Positions 1-10,013 of a DNA stretch of 64,000 bases are shown piece by piece. The DNA is from Promethearchaeota archaeon (GTDB taxonomy: Archaea; Asgardarchaeota; Lokiarchaeia; Sigyniarchaeales; SOKP01). Both the position numbers and the translations under genes were made by a program. Where the stretch lies: the NCBI GenBank assembly GCA_019058445.1, contig JAHPZA010000003.1, positions 607,811 to 671,810 of the forward strand, written 5' to 3'. Within the stretch, counting starts at the first letter, position 1. Every line of letters begins with the position of its first letter. The notes under the pieces are model-generated. The model saw nothing but the letters and a program-made list of their open reading frames with translations. It was not told the DNA's origin and did no database searches.

Positions 1-537
1 TCTCATTTAATTCCTAAGATGCGAAAAATCAGCCAACCCATTATAGCAGTTATTCATGGTCCTGCTACGGGAGCGGGATTTACATTTGCTTTAGCCTCTG
101 ATATTCGAATTATAGGTGAGAATGGAAGGTTTGCTAATTCTTTCATAAATATTGGATTTTCAGGATCAGATTTGGCCAGCAGTTACCATCTACCTAGATT
201 AATAGGTATGTCCCGAGCTGCCGAGATTTTATATACTGGACGATTTGTTAATGCCGAAGAAGCCGAAAAAATAGGGCTAGTTTTTAAGCTAGTAAAAGGT
301 GATGAAAATAAATTATTAGCAAGTGCAATGGAAATTGCTGAAGAACTTCTTACAAAAAGCCCACTAGGCCTTCGGATGACAAAAGAAGCTATTAATTTAA
401 CTATGGATTCACCCAGTTTAGAGACCATGATGCAAATAGAAAACCGATCACAAATGCTTTGCTCAACTTCTGCAGATCTTATGGAAGGAATAAATGCTTT
501 CTTTGATAAAAGGAAGCCTAAATACCCAAAGTTATAA
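1..537 (+). CDS. Enoyl-CoA hydratase/isomerase (crotonase) family protein, 5'-truncated by window edge
   Basis: Frame open from base 1; QPIIAVIHGPATGAG...ASDIRI, LPRLIG, FFDKRKP crotonase motifs; paralog of next gene. Confidence 0.9.
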   Translation, partial: SHLIPKMRKISQPIIAVIHGPATGAGFTFALASDIRIIGENGRFANSFINIGFSGSDLASSYHLPRLIGMSRAAEILYTGRFVNAEEAEKIGLVFKLVKGDENKLLASAMEIAEELLTKSPLGLRMTKEAINLTMDSPSLETMMQIENRSQMLCSTSADLMEGINAFFDKRKPKYPKL

Positions 538-557
538 TAAATCAAGAGGGATGAAAT

Positions 558-1403
558 GTGGATTTAGAAACTATGAAATTTGAACTGCGCGATAATGGGA
601 TAGGAATCCTCAGTCTCAACCGCCCAGAAAAATTGAATGCGATTTCATTTCAGATGGAAGAAGATTTCCATCAAGTTTTAGATCATTTAATGGTGAACTT
701 GGATTGTAGAGTTCTTATACTGAGAGGAGAAGGGCGAGCATTTTCTGCGGGCACAGATCTTCAAGAAGGATTAACGTTAAATTCTAAAAAAACCCCCGAG
801 GGGTATGATAGATTCTATTTTTTAACCGTAAAGGAACCTATAAAAAGGAAGATGTATCATCAATGGCGCATTACTCAAATTATTGTTAAGCTACGCAAAA
901 TATCACAACCCATTATTGTTCTTGTTCAAGGAGCAGCAGCTGGCGGAGGGCTTGCTTTCGCATTGGCATCAGATATAAGAATTGTAACGAAAGATGCAAA
1001 ATTTATTAATGCTTCAATCAATATTGGGCTTACAGGAGCTGATATGGGGGGGAGTTATTTTCTTCCCCGATTAATTGGAAGAGCTAGAGCTTCTGAAATT
1101 CTAATGAGTGGTAGAGTTGTTGATGGGATTGAGGCAGAAAGCATAGGATTAGCAGTAAAACTCGTCGATGAGGCAGATTTGTTAAATACTGGACTAGAAA
1201 TCGCAGAGGAACTATTAACTAAAAGTCCACTCGGATTAAGGATGACAAAAGAAGCTATAAATCTTTCTTTAGATTCCCCAAGTTTAGAAAATATTGTTCA
1301 GTTTGAAAATAGTTCAATTATGATTACATTTTCCTCCAAAGACGTCAATGAAGCTTCAAGTGCATTCTTTGAAAAAAGAAAACCGAAATATCCATTAAAA
1401 TAA
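558..1403 (+). CDS. Enoyl-CoA hydratase/isomerase family protein
   Basis: LNRPEKLNAI, AFSAGTDL, AAGGGLAFALASDIRI, C-terminal FFEKRKP. Confidence 0.92.
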   Translation: MDLETMKFELRDNGIGILSLNRPEKLNAISFQMEEDFHQVLDHLMVNLDCRVLILRGEGRAFSAGTDLQEGLTLNSKKTPEGYDRFYFLTVKEPIKRKMYHQWRITQIIVKLRKISQPIIVLVQGAAAGGGLAFALASDIRIVTKDAKFINASINIGLTGADMGGSYFLPRLIGRARASEILMSGRVVDGIEAESIGLAVKLVDEADLLNTGLEIAEELLTKSPLGLRMTKEAINLSLDSPSLENIVQFENSSIMITFSSKDVNEASSAFFEKRKPKYPLK

Positions 1404-1412
1404 TCTTTTCTT

Positions 1413-1443
1413 TAACAACTTGAAAAAACTTTTTTTTGATCGA
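1413..1443 (+). promoter_or_regulatory. Upstream motif pair TAACAACTTG / TTTGATCGA, also present at 2688-2708
   Basis: The same two words occur in the same order just upstream of TATA-like boxes of two consecutive genes. Confidence 0.35.
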
Positions 1444-1538
1444 TAAACATTTTATATGCTCTTTTTCAACGATCAGTTATAACTAATTCAACTTAAAAAG
1501 GTAGATTATAAATTACATCAAATAAATTATGGTATAAA

Positions 1539-2627
1539 GTGGCTAGAGCAATAATTAAAGCTGGCAGTTTACCCATCCCGATTGTGGATACCTTTTATGA
1601 ATTACTTAAGCTATTATTGACTGAAGAGCAAGCCGAGTTTATCTTGATATTTAGCAAAAAACCATCGCTAAATATGGATGAAATTAGAAGTAAAACTGAC
1701 TTAGATGATAATGCGATACATAAAATGCTGAATGATTTAATGTATAACGGCATAATTACAGGAACACGTAGTAATCGTTCTGGAATTAGAGTTTATCGGT
1801 TATTACCTCCATTTCCAGGGATTTTTGAAGCCCAATTTATGAGGGGAGAGAGGGGAGAAAAACAAAAGAATTTAGCGAGAGTATTTGATAAGTTATTCGA
1901 TGATTGGAGTAGCGGTATTCAAATGAATTATGATAATATGATCCCTCAATTTAAAAATGCACCTCCAATAAATAGGATTGTCCCGGTTGAAGAGGAAATA
2001 GACATAGGAAATGAAACCGTACTACCCTATGAAGTTGTCCAAAATATTATAGGGCGGCATGAATTTATTGCTGTAACAAATTGCTATTGTCGTCATGAGA
2101 AAAGTCTTATAAATGAGCCATGCAAATTAGATGCTCCAATACAAAATTGCCTTTTGTTTGGGAAAAACGCTCAATTCTCAGTAGAATACGGGTTTGCTAA
2201 GCAAATATCTAAAGAATCAGCTCTGAAAATATTAAAAGAAGCAGAAGATTATGGCCTCGTTCATAAAGCATTTCATACCCACCAAGATATAGAAAGAGGT
2301 GAGGAGGCCATTTGTAGCTGCTGCAAGTGTTGCTGTGGCGTATTTCAACTCCATTATAAAGGGGTTGCTCCAATCCATACTGTATCTTCCTATATCGTAA
2401 TGTTAAACAAAGAAAAGTGCATTGGCTGTGGGATGTGTATAGAAAAATGCCCCATGGAAGCAATTAATTGGTACAATTCAGATGTAGAAATACTTGAAAA
2501 TAGATGTATTGGTTGTGGTGTATGCGCCTACCATTGTCCTGAAGACGCACTCAAATTAGTAAAAATTCAATCAAGAAATATATTTATTCCCCCTCCAAAA
2601 CTTCTTAAAGAGTTAAATAATCTTTAG
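1539..2627 (+). CDS. 4Fe-4S dicluster protein with N-terminal wHTH-like and central Cys-rich domain
   Basis: CYCR...C...C, CSCCKCCC, then CIGCGMCIEKCP and CIGCGVCAYHCP. Confidence 0.85.
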   Translation: MARAIIKAGSLPIPIVDTFYELLKLLLTEEQAEFILIFSKKPSLNMDEIRSKTDLDDNAIHKMLNDLMYNGIITGTRSNRSGIRVYRLLPPFPGIFEAQFMRGERGEKQKNLARVFDKLFDDWSSGIQMNYDNMIPQFKNAPPINRIVPVEEEIDIGNETVLPYEVVQNIIGRHEFIAVTNCYCRHEKSLINEPCKLDAPIQNCLLFGKNAQFSVEYGFAKQISKESALKILKEAEDYGLVHKAFHTHQDIERGEEAICSCCKCCCGVFQLHYKGVAPIHTVSSYIVMLNKEKCIGCGMCIEKCPMEAINWYNSDVEILENRCIGCGVCAYHCPEDALKLVKIQSRNIFIPPPKLLKELNNL

Positions 2628-2773
2628 TTTCCAGTATACTTGAATCTTATTGATTAAATATTTCAAATCTCTTTTTTTTCCAACTGATAACAACTTGTAT
2701 TTGATCGAATAATGTTTAAAAAGTGTGAATATTGTTTTTCTCAAATTCAAGATATAAAATAAAATGAATAAAT

Positions 2774-3709
2774 ATGGGAATGTTAGAAGATAAGGTTGCT
2801 ATTATAACTGGTGCTGCCCGAGGGATAGGGCGGCAAGAAGCACTAAGTTTTGCGAAAGAAGGATGTCATCTTTTAATTAATGATTTAGGGTGTTCTCTAG
2901 ACGGTTTTGGAAGTGAACGAATTGCAGATAACATTGTTAAAGATATAAAAAAAATTGGGGTTAAAGCAGTTGCTAATTATGACTCTATTTCAAACTTTCA
3001 AAAAGCAAAAGAAGTAGTAGATCAAGCGATTTCTGAATTTGGTAAATTAGATATTGTAATCAATAATGCAGGAATTTTAAGAGATCGGATGAGTTATAAT
3101 ATGACCGAAGAAGAATGGGATGATGTTATATCAGTTCATTTAAAGGGAACTTTTAATATGTGTCGGCATTCTGCTGCCTATTTTAGGGAACAGGGAAAGT
3201 CAGATAAAAAATTTTCTGGCAGAATCATTAATGCGATTTCAGATGCGGGAGTATTAGGAAATCTTGGGCAATTAAATTATGGAGCCGCCAAGGCTGGAAT
3301 TGCTGCAATGACTTTAATATTATCTAGGGAATTAAAGAAATATGCTACTGTCAATAGTGTAATTCAAATAGCAAGAACCAGATTCACCTTAAACTCTAGT
3401 GCGCAAATTGCTAGACTTATGAACAAAAAGGATGAGAAGGGTTTTGATATATTTGATCCTGCTAATGTTATTCCAATTGTAATCTTTCTTGCTTCGAATA
3501 AAGCTAAAAAGATTAGTGGAGAAGTATTTCGAATTGCAGGTGATAAATGCTGGATTTTACGGGGATGGCATTCTGTAAACCGAATAGATAATAATAGTAA
3601 AGCGTTTTCTCCCCAAGTTCTTGGTGAAAGAATAAAACAAGAATTATTAAAAGGTATTCCCAAAAAAGAGACAGTGATGGAAATCTTTAGTCAATTGGTA
3701 AATATGTAA
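2774..3709 (+). CDS. Short-chain dehydrogenase/reductase (3-hydroxyacyl-CoA dehydrogenase-like, MFE-2 type)
   Basis: TGAARGIG, INDLG, NNAGILRD, YGAAK. Confidence 0.9.
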   Translation: MGMLEDKVAIITGAARGIGRQEALSFAKEGCHLLINDLGCSLDGFGSERIADNIVKDIKKIGVKAVANYDSISNFQKAKEVVDQAISEFGKLDIVINNAGILRDRMSYNMTEEEWDDVISVHLKGTFNMCRHSAAYFREQGKSDKKFSGRIINAISDAGVLGNLGQLNYGAAKAGIAAMTLILSRELKKYATVNSVIQIARTRFTLNSSAQIARLMNKKDEKGFDIFDPANVIPIVIFLASNKAKKISGEVFRIAGDKCWILRGWHSVNRIDNNSKAFSPQVLGERIKQELLKGIPKKETVMEIFSQLVNM

Positions 3710-3719
3710 CAAGATTAAT

Positions 3720-4604
3720 CTATTCAAAGGCACTAAATATCCATAAATTTAGAAATTTTTTTCTTAGTTCTAAGGCTAATTTTGGATCTAAGACATTCAA
3801 ACACGCGAAAATATCTGAAGGATTTAACGGATTTTGAAGTTTTAAAATTACCCTTTCCTTATCAAATATATCGTAGAAAGTGGGTATTCTTTTAAAAGTA
3901 TATTTTATCTCCAAACCATTTTTTTTTGGAGATATGTTAAAGAAATCTTCAAATTTGCTAATAAATTCATTAAATAGCTTTATATTATTTAATTCATTCT
4001 GCTCAGGTGAGATTTCTTGATCCGGGTCAAACGAACATAAATATTTTATATTAACACCCCGATCTAACACCGTAGACATCTCTTTAATAATACGTTTTAA
4101 GAAGGGAAGTCTTTTAACCGAATTAGGGTTTAAAGAAACATTTATTAATAATTCTTCCTCTAATTCCTTTATACTATTAATATAAAGGGATTCAATGGAA
4201 ATATAGCCTAAGGCTGTAGACCAAAAAACTCTTGAGGTTTCACTTCTCTTCATTAAATCAGATTTGTATAAATCAGATTCTAATTTTTTTGCTATATTTA
4301 TTAAGGAAGTAATTTTTCTCTGATTTTCTTCCGTTAAATGAGAGATTAAATTGTGAAACGCTAGATTCGGAGGGATGGCTATATATTTTTTTGGTCGAGA
4401 TTCTTGAATTCTTATTAATCCCTTTTCTTTTAAGTCTTCTAGTACTTCATAGATTCTTCCACCTGGAACACTTGATCTTTTACTTATTTCTTTAGCTGTT
4501 AAAATATTTGTAGGTAATAGTGAGATATAAGAAGCTATAGCATATGAGGATAACTTCATATTTTTTAGAAATTCCTTTAATTCTTCAATTAAATTATTAT
4601 CCAT
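3720..4604 (-). CDS. TrmB-family transcriptional regulator
   Basis: TAKEISKRSSVPGGRIYEVLEDLKEKGLI..SRPKKYIAIPP wHTH; C-terminal effector-like domain (FYDIFDKERV). Confidence 0.88.
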   Translation of the reverse strand: MDNNLIEELKEFLKNMKLSSYAIASYISLLPTNILTAKEISKRSSVPGGRIYEVLEDLKEKGLIRIQESRPKKYIAIPPNLAFHNLISHLTEENQRKITSLINIAKKLESDLYKSDLMKRSETSRVFWSTALGYISIESLYINSIKELEEELLINVSLNPNSVKRLPFLKRIIKEMSTVLDRGVNIKYLCSFDPDQEISPEQNELNNIKLFNEFISKFEDFFNISPKKNGLEIKYTFKRIPTFYDIFDKERVILKLQNPLNPSDIFACLNVLDPKLALELRKKFLNLWIFSAFE

Positions 4605-4650
4605 TAATTATCAGCTTTCTATTGAACCGAGTATTAGCAGTATATTACTA

Positions 4651-4678
4651 TCTGTAAAAGAATATAAATATTTACAGA
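4651..4678. promoter_or_regulatory. Inverted repeat TCTGTAAA-N12-TTTACAGA flanking a TATA-like box; candidate operator
   Basis: Perfect 8-bp arms around AGAATATAAATA, between two divergent TrmB-like genes. Confidence 0.45.
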
Positions 4679-4801
4679 ATAATAACAGTGTATTTCTTTC
4701 GTTAGAGGAATTTTAAAACAAATTAAAAAAGAGGGATTTATATTAGATATTTAAAATTATCATTTTACTATTATTTTAATTACAAATTTAGGCGGGAGAA
4801 T

Positions 4802-7210
4802 ATGATCGAATTTGTAAAATCACTAGATTTATCGGATAAAGCAATCTCTCTTTATCAAGCTCTTTACGGTAAAAATCCATTAACAATTAATGAAATACAT
4901 TTATTAAAACCTAAGTTGTCAAAAAAAGAGCTAATTGAGATTATTAATGAATTGTTTCAAACAAAATTATTAATTAAAATCAGTTCTAAGGATGCTTCAA
5001 TTATAGGGCATTATATTGCGATACCACCATTTTCTATTTTAGGTGATTTAGTTTCTCAAATTAAAGATTCGCTCGTTGGAAAAGAAGGATCTGCCACGAA
5101 ATTTGAAACTGTAATAAATAATATCTTCAATAACCAGAGTAAAATAGAGTTAGAAAATATTTATAAGGATTTTCAAAGACTCCAAAGTGATGTTAAGAAT
5201 GATATCACTACAATAAAAAAAGAATTGGATGCCCTCTTAGACGAAATAGAAAGTAAAGAAGATAAATTAGAATTTTTAACTAAATACGAGGAAGAATTAA
5301 AAAATATCATAAATTCAGAGTTAGCCTCAATTGTAATTATAGTTCTTCAAATGAAAGCTGAATTTCAGGAAAAACTTAAAAAAATAGGCATTTCAAATAC
5401 ACAATGGAGTGCGCTAAAAGATGAAATAAAAAATACTTTAGCATTAGGCGTTCATGAAAAATCCGGGGAATTGGGAGAGATTCTTTCAGAAGAATTCAAG
5501 GATATTCACAACACTTTAGAGCAGAAGCAGATCAATGTTCTAAAAGACAGATTTGAGCAGAAATCGATATATTTAGGTATTTTAAATTTGTTTAAAACTG
5601 AGATAGATAAATTCCATAAAGCGCTACTTATGAAAAAGAAAAATTTGGAATTAGACATGAAAAACCTAGAAAAGGTTATGAATACAGAAATTGCAAATAC
5701 TTTTCAAAAATCAATTACAAATGCTTCAGAAAATAGTTTATTCTTAGATAATTTCTATCATACATTTTTGGAAGAATATAGTGGAGCAGATCAAATATCT
5801 GTTGATAATTTCTGGCCGATATATAGCAAGGCCAAAATCAGCGAAGAAATTTTATCCTATTTAAAAAAATCAAAAGAAGAACTTATAGTGATTATTCCCG
5901 AAATAGAGGGATTTATTCTTCAGAAATCTTTAAAAAGTATAGCCGAAGGACCTAATATACAAATTATTTCTTCTGATCCTCATGAGAGCGAAACTATTCA
6001 ATCATTAGTTACCAAGAAAAATCTCGAGTTTAAAAGATTAGAAAATAATGATTTTATTGGAATTTTAAGTGATAATTCCTATTTAATATTAGGATTATAT
6101 CGTAAATTTGAGAAAGATCCCTTAAAAAATGTAATAGGTTTTGGAACTAATAATAAACAAATGATTAATTTCTTAATGCCTATTTTTTTAGAGAAATTAG
6201 ATGCCGCTAAGCCTCCAAAAAATCTGCAAATTAATAATAGATTTAATTTTATCATTAGAAACATAAATGATATTAAAGGAAAGAAAATTAGTAAGCTTCT
6301 CCAAGAAGTTCTGGATATTGCTTTTCAAATGGAGGGCATCTCTTTAGATGTGTTAGAATTAAAAATATTAATTAGTAAATTAAAAAATGTAAATGCACCA
6401 TTAAATAATGATTGGAAACAGCATGTGGTTGAGAAAATTGATGATTTTAATCAGAAATTCTCTAAGTTAATATTAGCAATTCCCCCAGAATTTAGAGAAT
6501 CTGCTATTCCAGCTTCAATTGATGAAAGTGAACCTGTAGCATTAACCAGAGATATCAAATTAGAATATGTCGAAGATATGAATGCGATGTTTGATCTATT
6601 TTTAGAAAAAATTGAGGATCTTAAAGGAACTGAAATCTCAGGTTTAATAGAAAATATGATTGAGATGGTCATTAAATTTCAAGGACATTCAAATATTGTA
6701 GAATGGAAAGAAAATTTGAATACCATTAATGAAACGCTACAAGAACCGTTTAAAGAAAAACTTAGAGATGAAATAACTAATTGGAAAACTGATCTCCTTA
6801 TACCAACAACTCCTATAGAGTCATATTCTATACCTTCAGAACAGAAAATAGTAGATGATATCACTCAATCAGGAGAAGCAACCAAAATTGAAGAAGAATA
6901 TTACAGTCCCGCTTTAGCAGAATTAGCGGAAAATCCTGAAGAAGTACCCTCAGATATCGAAAAGGATGAAGGTATTAACGAGATTTTTAGTGAGATCTCT
7001 CAAAATTTAGATCAGCTTATTGGGACTGAAATAAGTAAAAAACTACAAGCGATAATGGATATCGTTCTTGAAACTAAAGGGTATTCTTTGGGTCTCAAAG
7101 ATATGAGACAATGGATAAGCAAACTACGTATGATAAAAATTCCCCTGGTAGATGAAGTTAAATCTACATTTAAAGAAAAATTAGAAAAGTGGAAAGGAGA
7201 ATGCTCTTAA
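4802..7210 (+). CDS. TrmB-like wHTH + coiled coil + PLD/effector-like domain + three ~70-aa C-terminal repeats
   Basis: YIAIPPFS TrmB-like wing; long heptad-rich region; three G(T/K)(E/K)IS-containing helical repeats. Confidence 0.7.
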   Translation: MIEFVKSLDLSDKAISLYQALYGKNPLTINEIHLLKPKLSKKELIEIINELFQTKLLIKISSKDASIIGHYIAIPPFSILGDLVSQIKDSLVGKEGSATKFETVINNIFNNQSKIELENIYKDFQRLQSDVKNDITTIKKELDALLDEIESKEDKLEFLTKYEEELKNIINSELASIVIIVLQMKAEFQEKLKKIGISNTQWSALKDEIKNTLALGVHEKSGELGEILSEEFKDIHNTLEQKQINVLKDRFEQKSIYLGILNLFKTEIDKFHKALLMKKKNLELDMKNLEKVMNTEIANTFQKSITNASENSLFLDNFYHTFLEEYSGADQISVDNFWPIYSKAKISEEILSYLKKSKEELIVIIPEIEGFILQKSLKSIAEGPNIQIISSDPHESETIQSLVTKKNLEFKRLENNDFIGILSDNSYLILGLYRKFEKDPLKNVIGFGTNNKQMINFLMPIFLEKLDAAKPPKNLQINNRFNFIIRNINDIKGKKISKLLQEVLDIAFQMEGISLDVLELKILISKLKNVNAPLNNDWKQHVVEKIDDFNQKFSKLILAIPPEFRESAIPASIDESEPVALTRDIKLEYVEDMNAMFDLFLEKIEDLKGTEISGLIENMIEMVIKFQGHSNIVEWKENLNTINETLQEPFKEKLRDEITNWKTDLLIPTTPIESYSIPSEQKIVDDITQSGEATKIEEEYYSPALAELAENPEEVPSDIEKDEGINEIFSEISQNLDQLIGTEISKKLQAIMDIVLETKGYSLGLKDMRQWISKLRMIKIPLVDEVKSTFKEKLEKWKGECS

Positions 7211-7243
7211 TGGTTTATTTCAGAAGCATATAAAAAATAAGTT

Positions 7244-7399
7244 CTATGTTCCATACTTTTCTTTCCATTTTTTTATTTTTTCGTCAGTGCTATCACTCAT
7301 TTGACATCTTGGGTGGATTTGATCTTGTCTTTCAAATTCCTTTTCTAAAAGATCATCCAAATCATCTTCCTCATCAATTTCTTTTTCTTTTTCTTTCAT
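7244..7399 (-). CDS. Small acidic hypothetical protein, 51 aa (MKEKEKEIDEEDDLDDLLEKEFERQDQIHPRCQMSDSTDEKIKKWKEKYGT); not in ORF track
   Basis: ATG-to-TAG frame read by hand; protein-like composition; fills an otherwise empty gap. Confidence 0.6.
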   Translation of the reverse strand: MKEKEKEIDEEDDLDDLLEKEFERQDQIHPRCQMSDSTDEKIKKWKEKYGT

Positions 7400-7645
7400 A
7401 AAAATAATTCACGCAATTTTAGGAGTTTATTTCTGATAAATAATAAATCTTTTCTGCAAAAATACTTTCTATTTATAGAATATAACTTGTAGATTATACT
7501 TCAAATTTATTTTAAAATGATTATCTCCAAGACTTCTATAGTTTATAATTAAAATAGAGATAATATCGTTATATATATAAATCTTCTTGAAACTGCCATT
7601 TCACGAATAATAGAATAATTGAGAAAGAAGAAATGTTGTAGGATT

Positions 7646-8782
7646 TTATTGTGTTTTAATTGATTCCAAAATTGCATCTGTAATGTATTTATATTCTTTT
7701 CCTAATTGCTTCTTATAATTCACATATCTAAAGTTGAAAACACACAAAGGGCAAGATGATACAATTTCATTTGTGTTTATTTCATTTATTAGTTGAGCTC
7801 CAATATCGATACATAATCCACTATCGATGCCTCGTATTCCTGAACCTGCTCCGCAACAAGGCGAATTTCCACGATTTTTTTCTAAATTTTCTATAGTTAA
7901 GCCACAATTGGCCAATAGTTCACGGGGTTCATTATAAATATCCATTCCATGAATTTTTCGGCCCATACGGCAAGCATCATGATACGTGATTTCTCTGTTT
8001 AATGGATTTAATTTAATTTTTCCCTCTTTTGCTAAATCATACACAACCTGAACGATATGCTTAACATTAATATCCCAGTCGTTAAGGTAATTCGGATAAA
8101 CATTATTAAACGCATATAAACAGCCTCCACAGGTAACAATTATGTTTTTAATACCATGTTTCTTAAACCGTTCAAAATTCTCTTGGAATATCTTCTTTGC
8201 TAAAGTCAGGTTGCCAGCAGAATATACATATTCCCCACAGCAGGGCTCATTTTTCAAAATTTTAAAATTATAGCCCCCCTCTTTTAAGATTTCATAAGAT
8301 GCAGTGGCGCTTTCTTTTACTCTAAAAGATGACATGCATCCCAAATATAAAAGTGTATCAGAATCGGCTTCCTCATATTTTTCTTCACCTCTATATGTTT
8401 CAGGCAACCAATCTAAACGTTCTTCAGGTTTACCACTCACTGAATTATCATTGTCAACGATACCTTTGATTATCTTATTATGAATCTCATAGGGAGCCTT
8501 ACCTTGCTCCACTAGTTTTGCTTTAGAAGCATGAATGATTTTAGAAATGGGGATATTTTGCTGGCAAGTAAGATCACATAGAGCACATAAAGTACAAGTA
8601 TAAAGTCCGAATTTTTCATCCTCACTAATGTCTCCACCATTAAATACTTTTTTCGCAATTTGTAACCTTCCATTTGGGGATTGGAAAGGATTTTGAGTTG
8701 CGATAAAAGTATCACAAACTTCATTACAATTTTTACAGTCTATGCATGAATTAATATCTTCTAATATCTTATTTTCATCCAT
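7646..8782 (-). CDS. Fe-S oxidoreductase, HdrD/GlpC-like (4Fe-4S dicluster + two CCG domains)
   Basis: CIDCKNCNEVC, CTLCALCDLTC, YLGC, EPCCG, YHDAC, PCCGAG, SSCPLC. Confidence 0.9.
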   Translation of the reverse strand: MDENKILEDINSCIDCKNCNEVCDTFIATQNPFQSPNGRLQIAKKVFNGGDISEDEKFGLYTCTLCALCDLTCQQNIPISKIIHASKAKLVEQGKAPYEIHNKIIKGIVDNDNSVSGKPEERLDWLPETYRGEEKYEEADSDTLLYLGCMSSFRVKESATASYEILKEGGYNFKILKNEPCCGEYVYSAGNLTLAKKIFQENFERFKKHGIKNIIVTCGGCLYAFNNVYPNYLNDWDINVKHIVQVVYDLAKEGKIKLNPLNREITYHDACRMGRKIHGMDIYNEPRELLANCGLTIENLEKNRGNSPCCGAGSGIRGIDSGLCIDIGAQLINEINTNEIVSSCPLCVFNFRYVNYKKQLGKEYKYITDAILESIKTQ

Positions 8783-8868
8783 AATTTAACCAACTTAAAT
8801 GCTTTAGTTGTTAGATATTAATAATTTACTTTTTATTTGTAATAAAATAATCGATTTCTCAGAGAAAG

Positions 8869-9612
8869 CTATTCTTTTAAACACTTCACGATTACATTTA
8901 CAAAAATTTTAACAAATATTTTGGTAAGCTTAACATTTTCTCTAATATATTTTGCGACTTCCAGCTGGAACGCATTAGACTTAGCTTTTCTATAGAATTG
9001 ATGAGTAATATAGCCTCCAGAATATGCAAGGTTAAAATCCGATATCGCTAATCCGTCATCTAAAGTAAAATCCTTTGATAATTCCCGAACCATATCTGAA
9101 AAACCCCAATATCTCTTAGAATCTTGGGATTCTGAAGAATATACAATTTTAAGGGTTTTTCCAAATATATTACCAATAATTATATCCGGATAATCTCTCT
9201 GCGGTTTGGTAAATCCATGGAGGTCAATAACTAAACACTTATCGTAGACAGATATGCATTCATTGTAAAAATCTTCTAATGTTTGGTGGTAAAAGTAGTG
9301 AATTTCTTTTGCTTCTGCAGAATTGTGGTTAAACGCTCCATGAGCTCTTGCAGGGCGGTTAAAATCCACCTTACTCCTATGGATTTTGCTTAATATATAA
9401 TAAGGCTTTATATCAAACTTTCTCAATACTTGAAGGATCCTTTTTGTAATAAGATATTTATTTTTATCCGCTAATTGAGTGCCTACGAGTTTATCTGGGA
9501 TATTATTCGGTTTTAAAAAGCCACCGTGTGGACATGATAAAATAAATGGAACGGATCCGGGTCTACATTCAACATATTTTTGGAAACGCTTCAAGATAAC
9601 CTCAAGAAACAA
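8869..9612 (-). CDS. N-formylglutamate amidohydrolase-like protein
   Basis: LSCPHGG, HRSKVDFNR, IDLHGF, YSGGYIT, FQLEV. Confidence 0.8.
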   Translation of the reverse strand: MFLEVILKRFQKYVECRPGSVPFILSCPHGGFLKPNNIPDKLVGTQLADKNKYLITKRILQVLRKFDIKPYYILSKIHRSKVDFNRPARAHGAFNHNSAEAKEIHYFYHQTLEDFYNECISVYDKCLVIDLHGFTKPQRDYPDIIIGNIFGKTLKIVYSSESQDSKRYWGFSDMVRELSKDFTLDDGLAISDFNLAYSGGYITHQFYRKAKSNAFQLEVAKYIRENVKLTKIFVKIFVNVIVKCLKE

Positions 9613-9665
9613 GCTTCTTATAATAAAAAAAATAATAAACGATTTGATTTAAAAATGTAAGATTT

Positions 9666-10013
9666 TTACGGTAAGGCATCTAAAAATGTTAAAAATACAT
9701 TCTGTGAGGGCTCAGGTAAGTCAGTAATACTTTTCTTGACTTTCTCTATAAAATCTTCTTTTGATGCTGCTTCAGGAAGTATATAATTATCAATATCTTG
9801 AAACTTTTTGACAATTTTCTCGTATGCTAAGATGAGATTATCAAGATGTTTGCTTACTTCTAAGGCCCATTCGGATTCTAATTTAACCTTTTTCTCTTTT
9901 TTATTTTCCTTTTTTTCTTTCTTTTCCTTCTTATCTTTCTTTTTATCCTTTTCTTCCTTATCTTTGTGTTTATCTTTAGTTTTTTCTTTGTCTTTCTTTT
10001 TTTCTTTTCCCAT
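9666..10013 (-). CDS. Hypothetical protein with Lys/Glu/Asp low-complexity N-terminus
   Basis: About 43 aa of KEKK/KDK repeats followed by a helical globular domain. Confidence 0.7.
   Translation of the reverse strand: MGKEKKKDKEKTKDKHKDKEEKDKKKDKKEKKEKKENKKEKKVKLESEWALEVSKHLDNLILAYEKIVKKFQDIDNYILPEAASKEDFIEKVKKSITDLPEPSQNVFLTFLDALP

Noticed and set aside
7646-8782. HdrD-like and corrinoid genes as evidence of methanogenesis
   Set aside because: CCG-domain and MtaA-like proteins are widespread in anaerobes; no mcr/mtr genes in the window.
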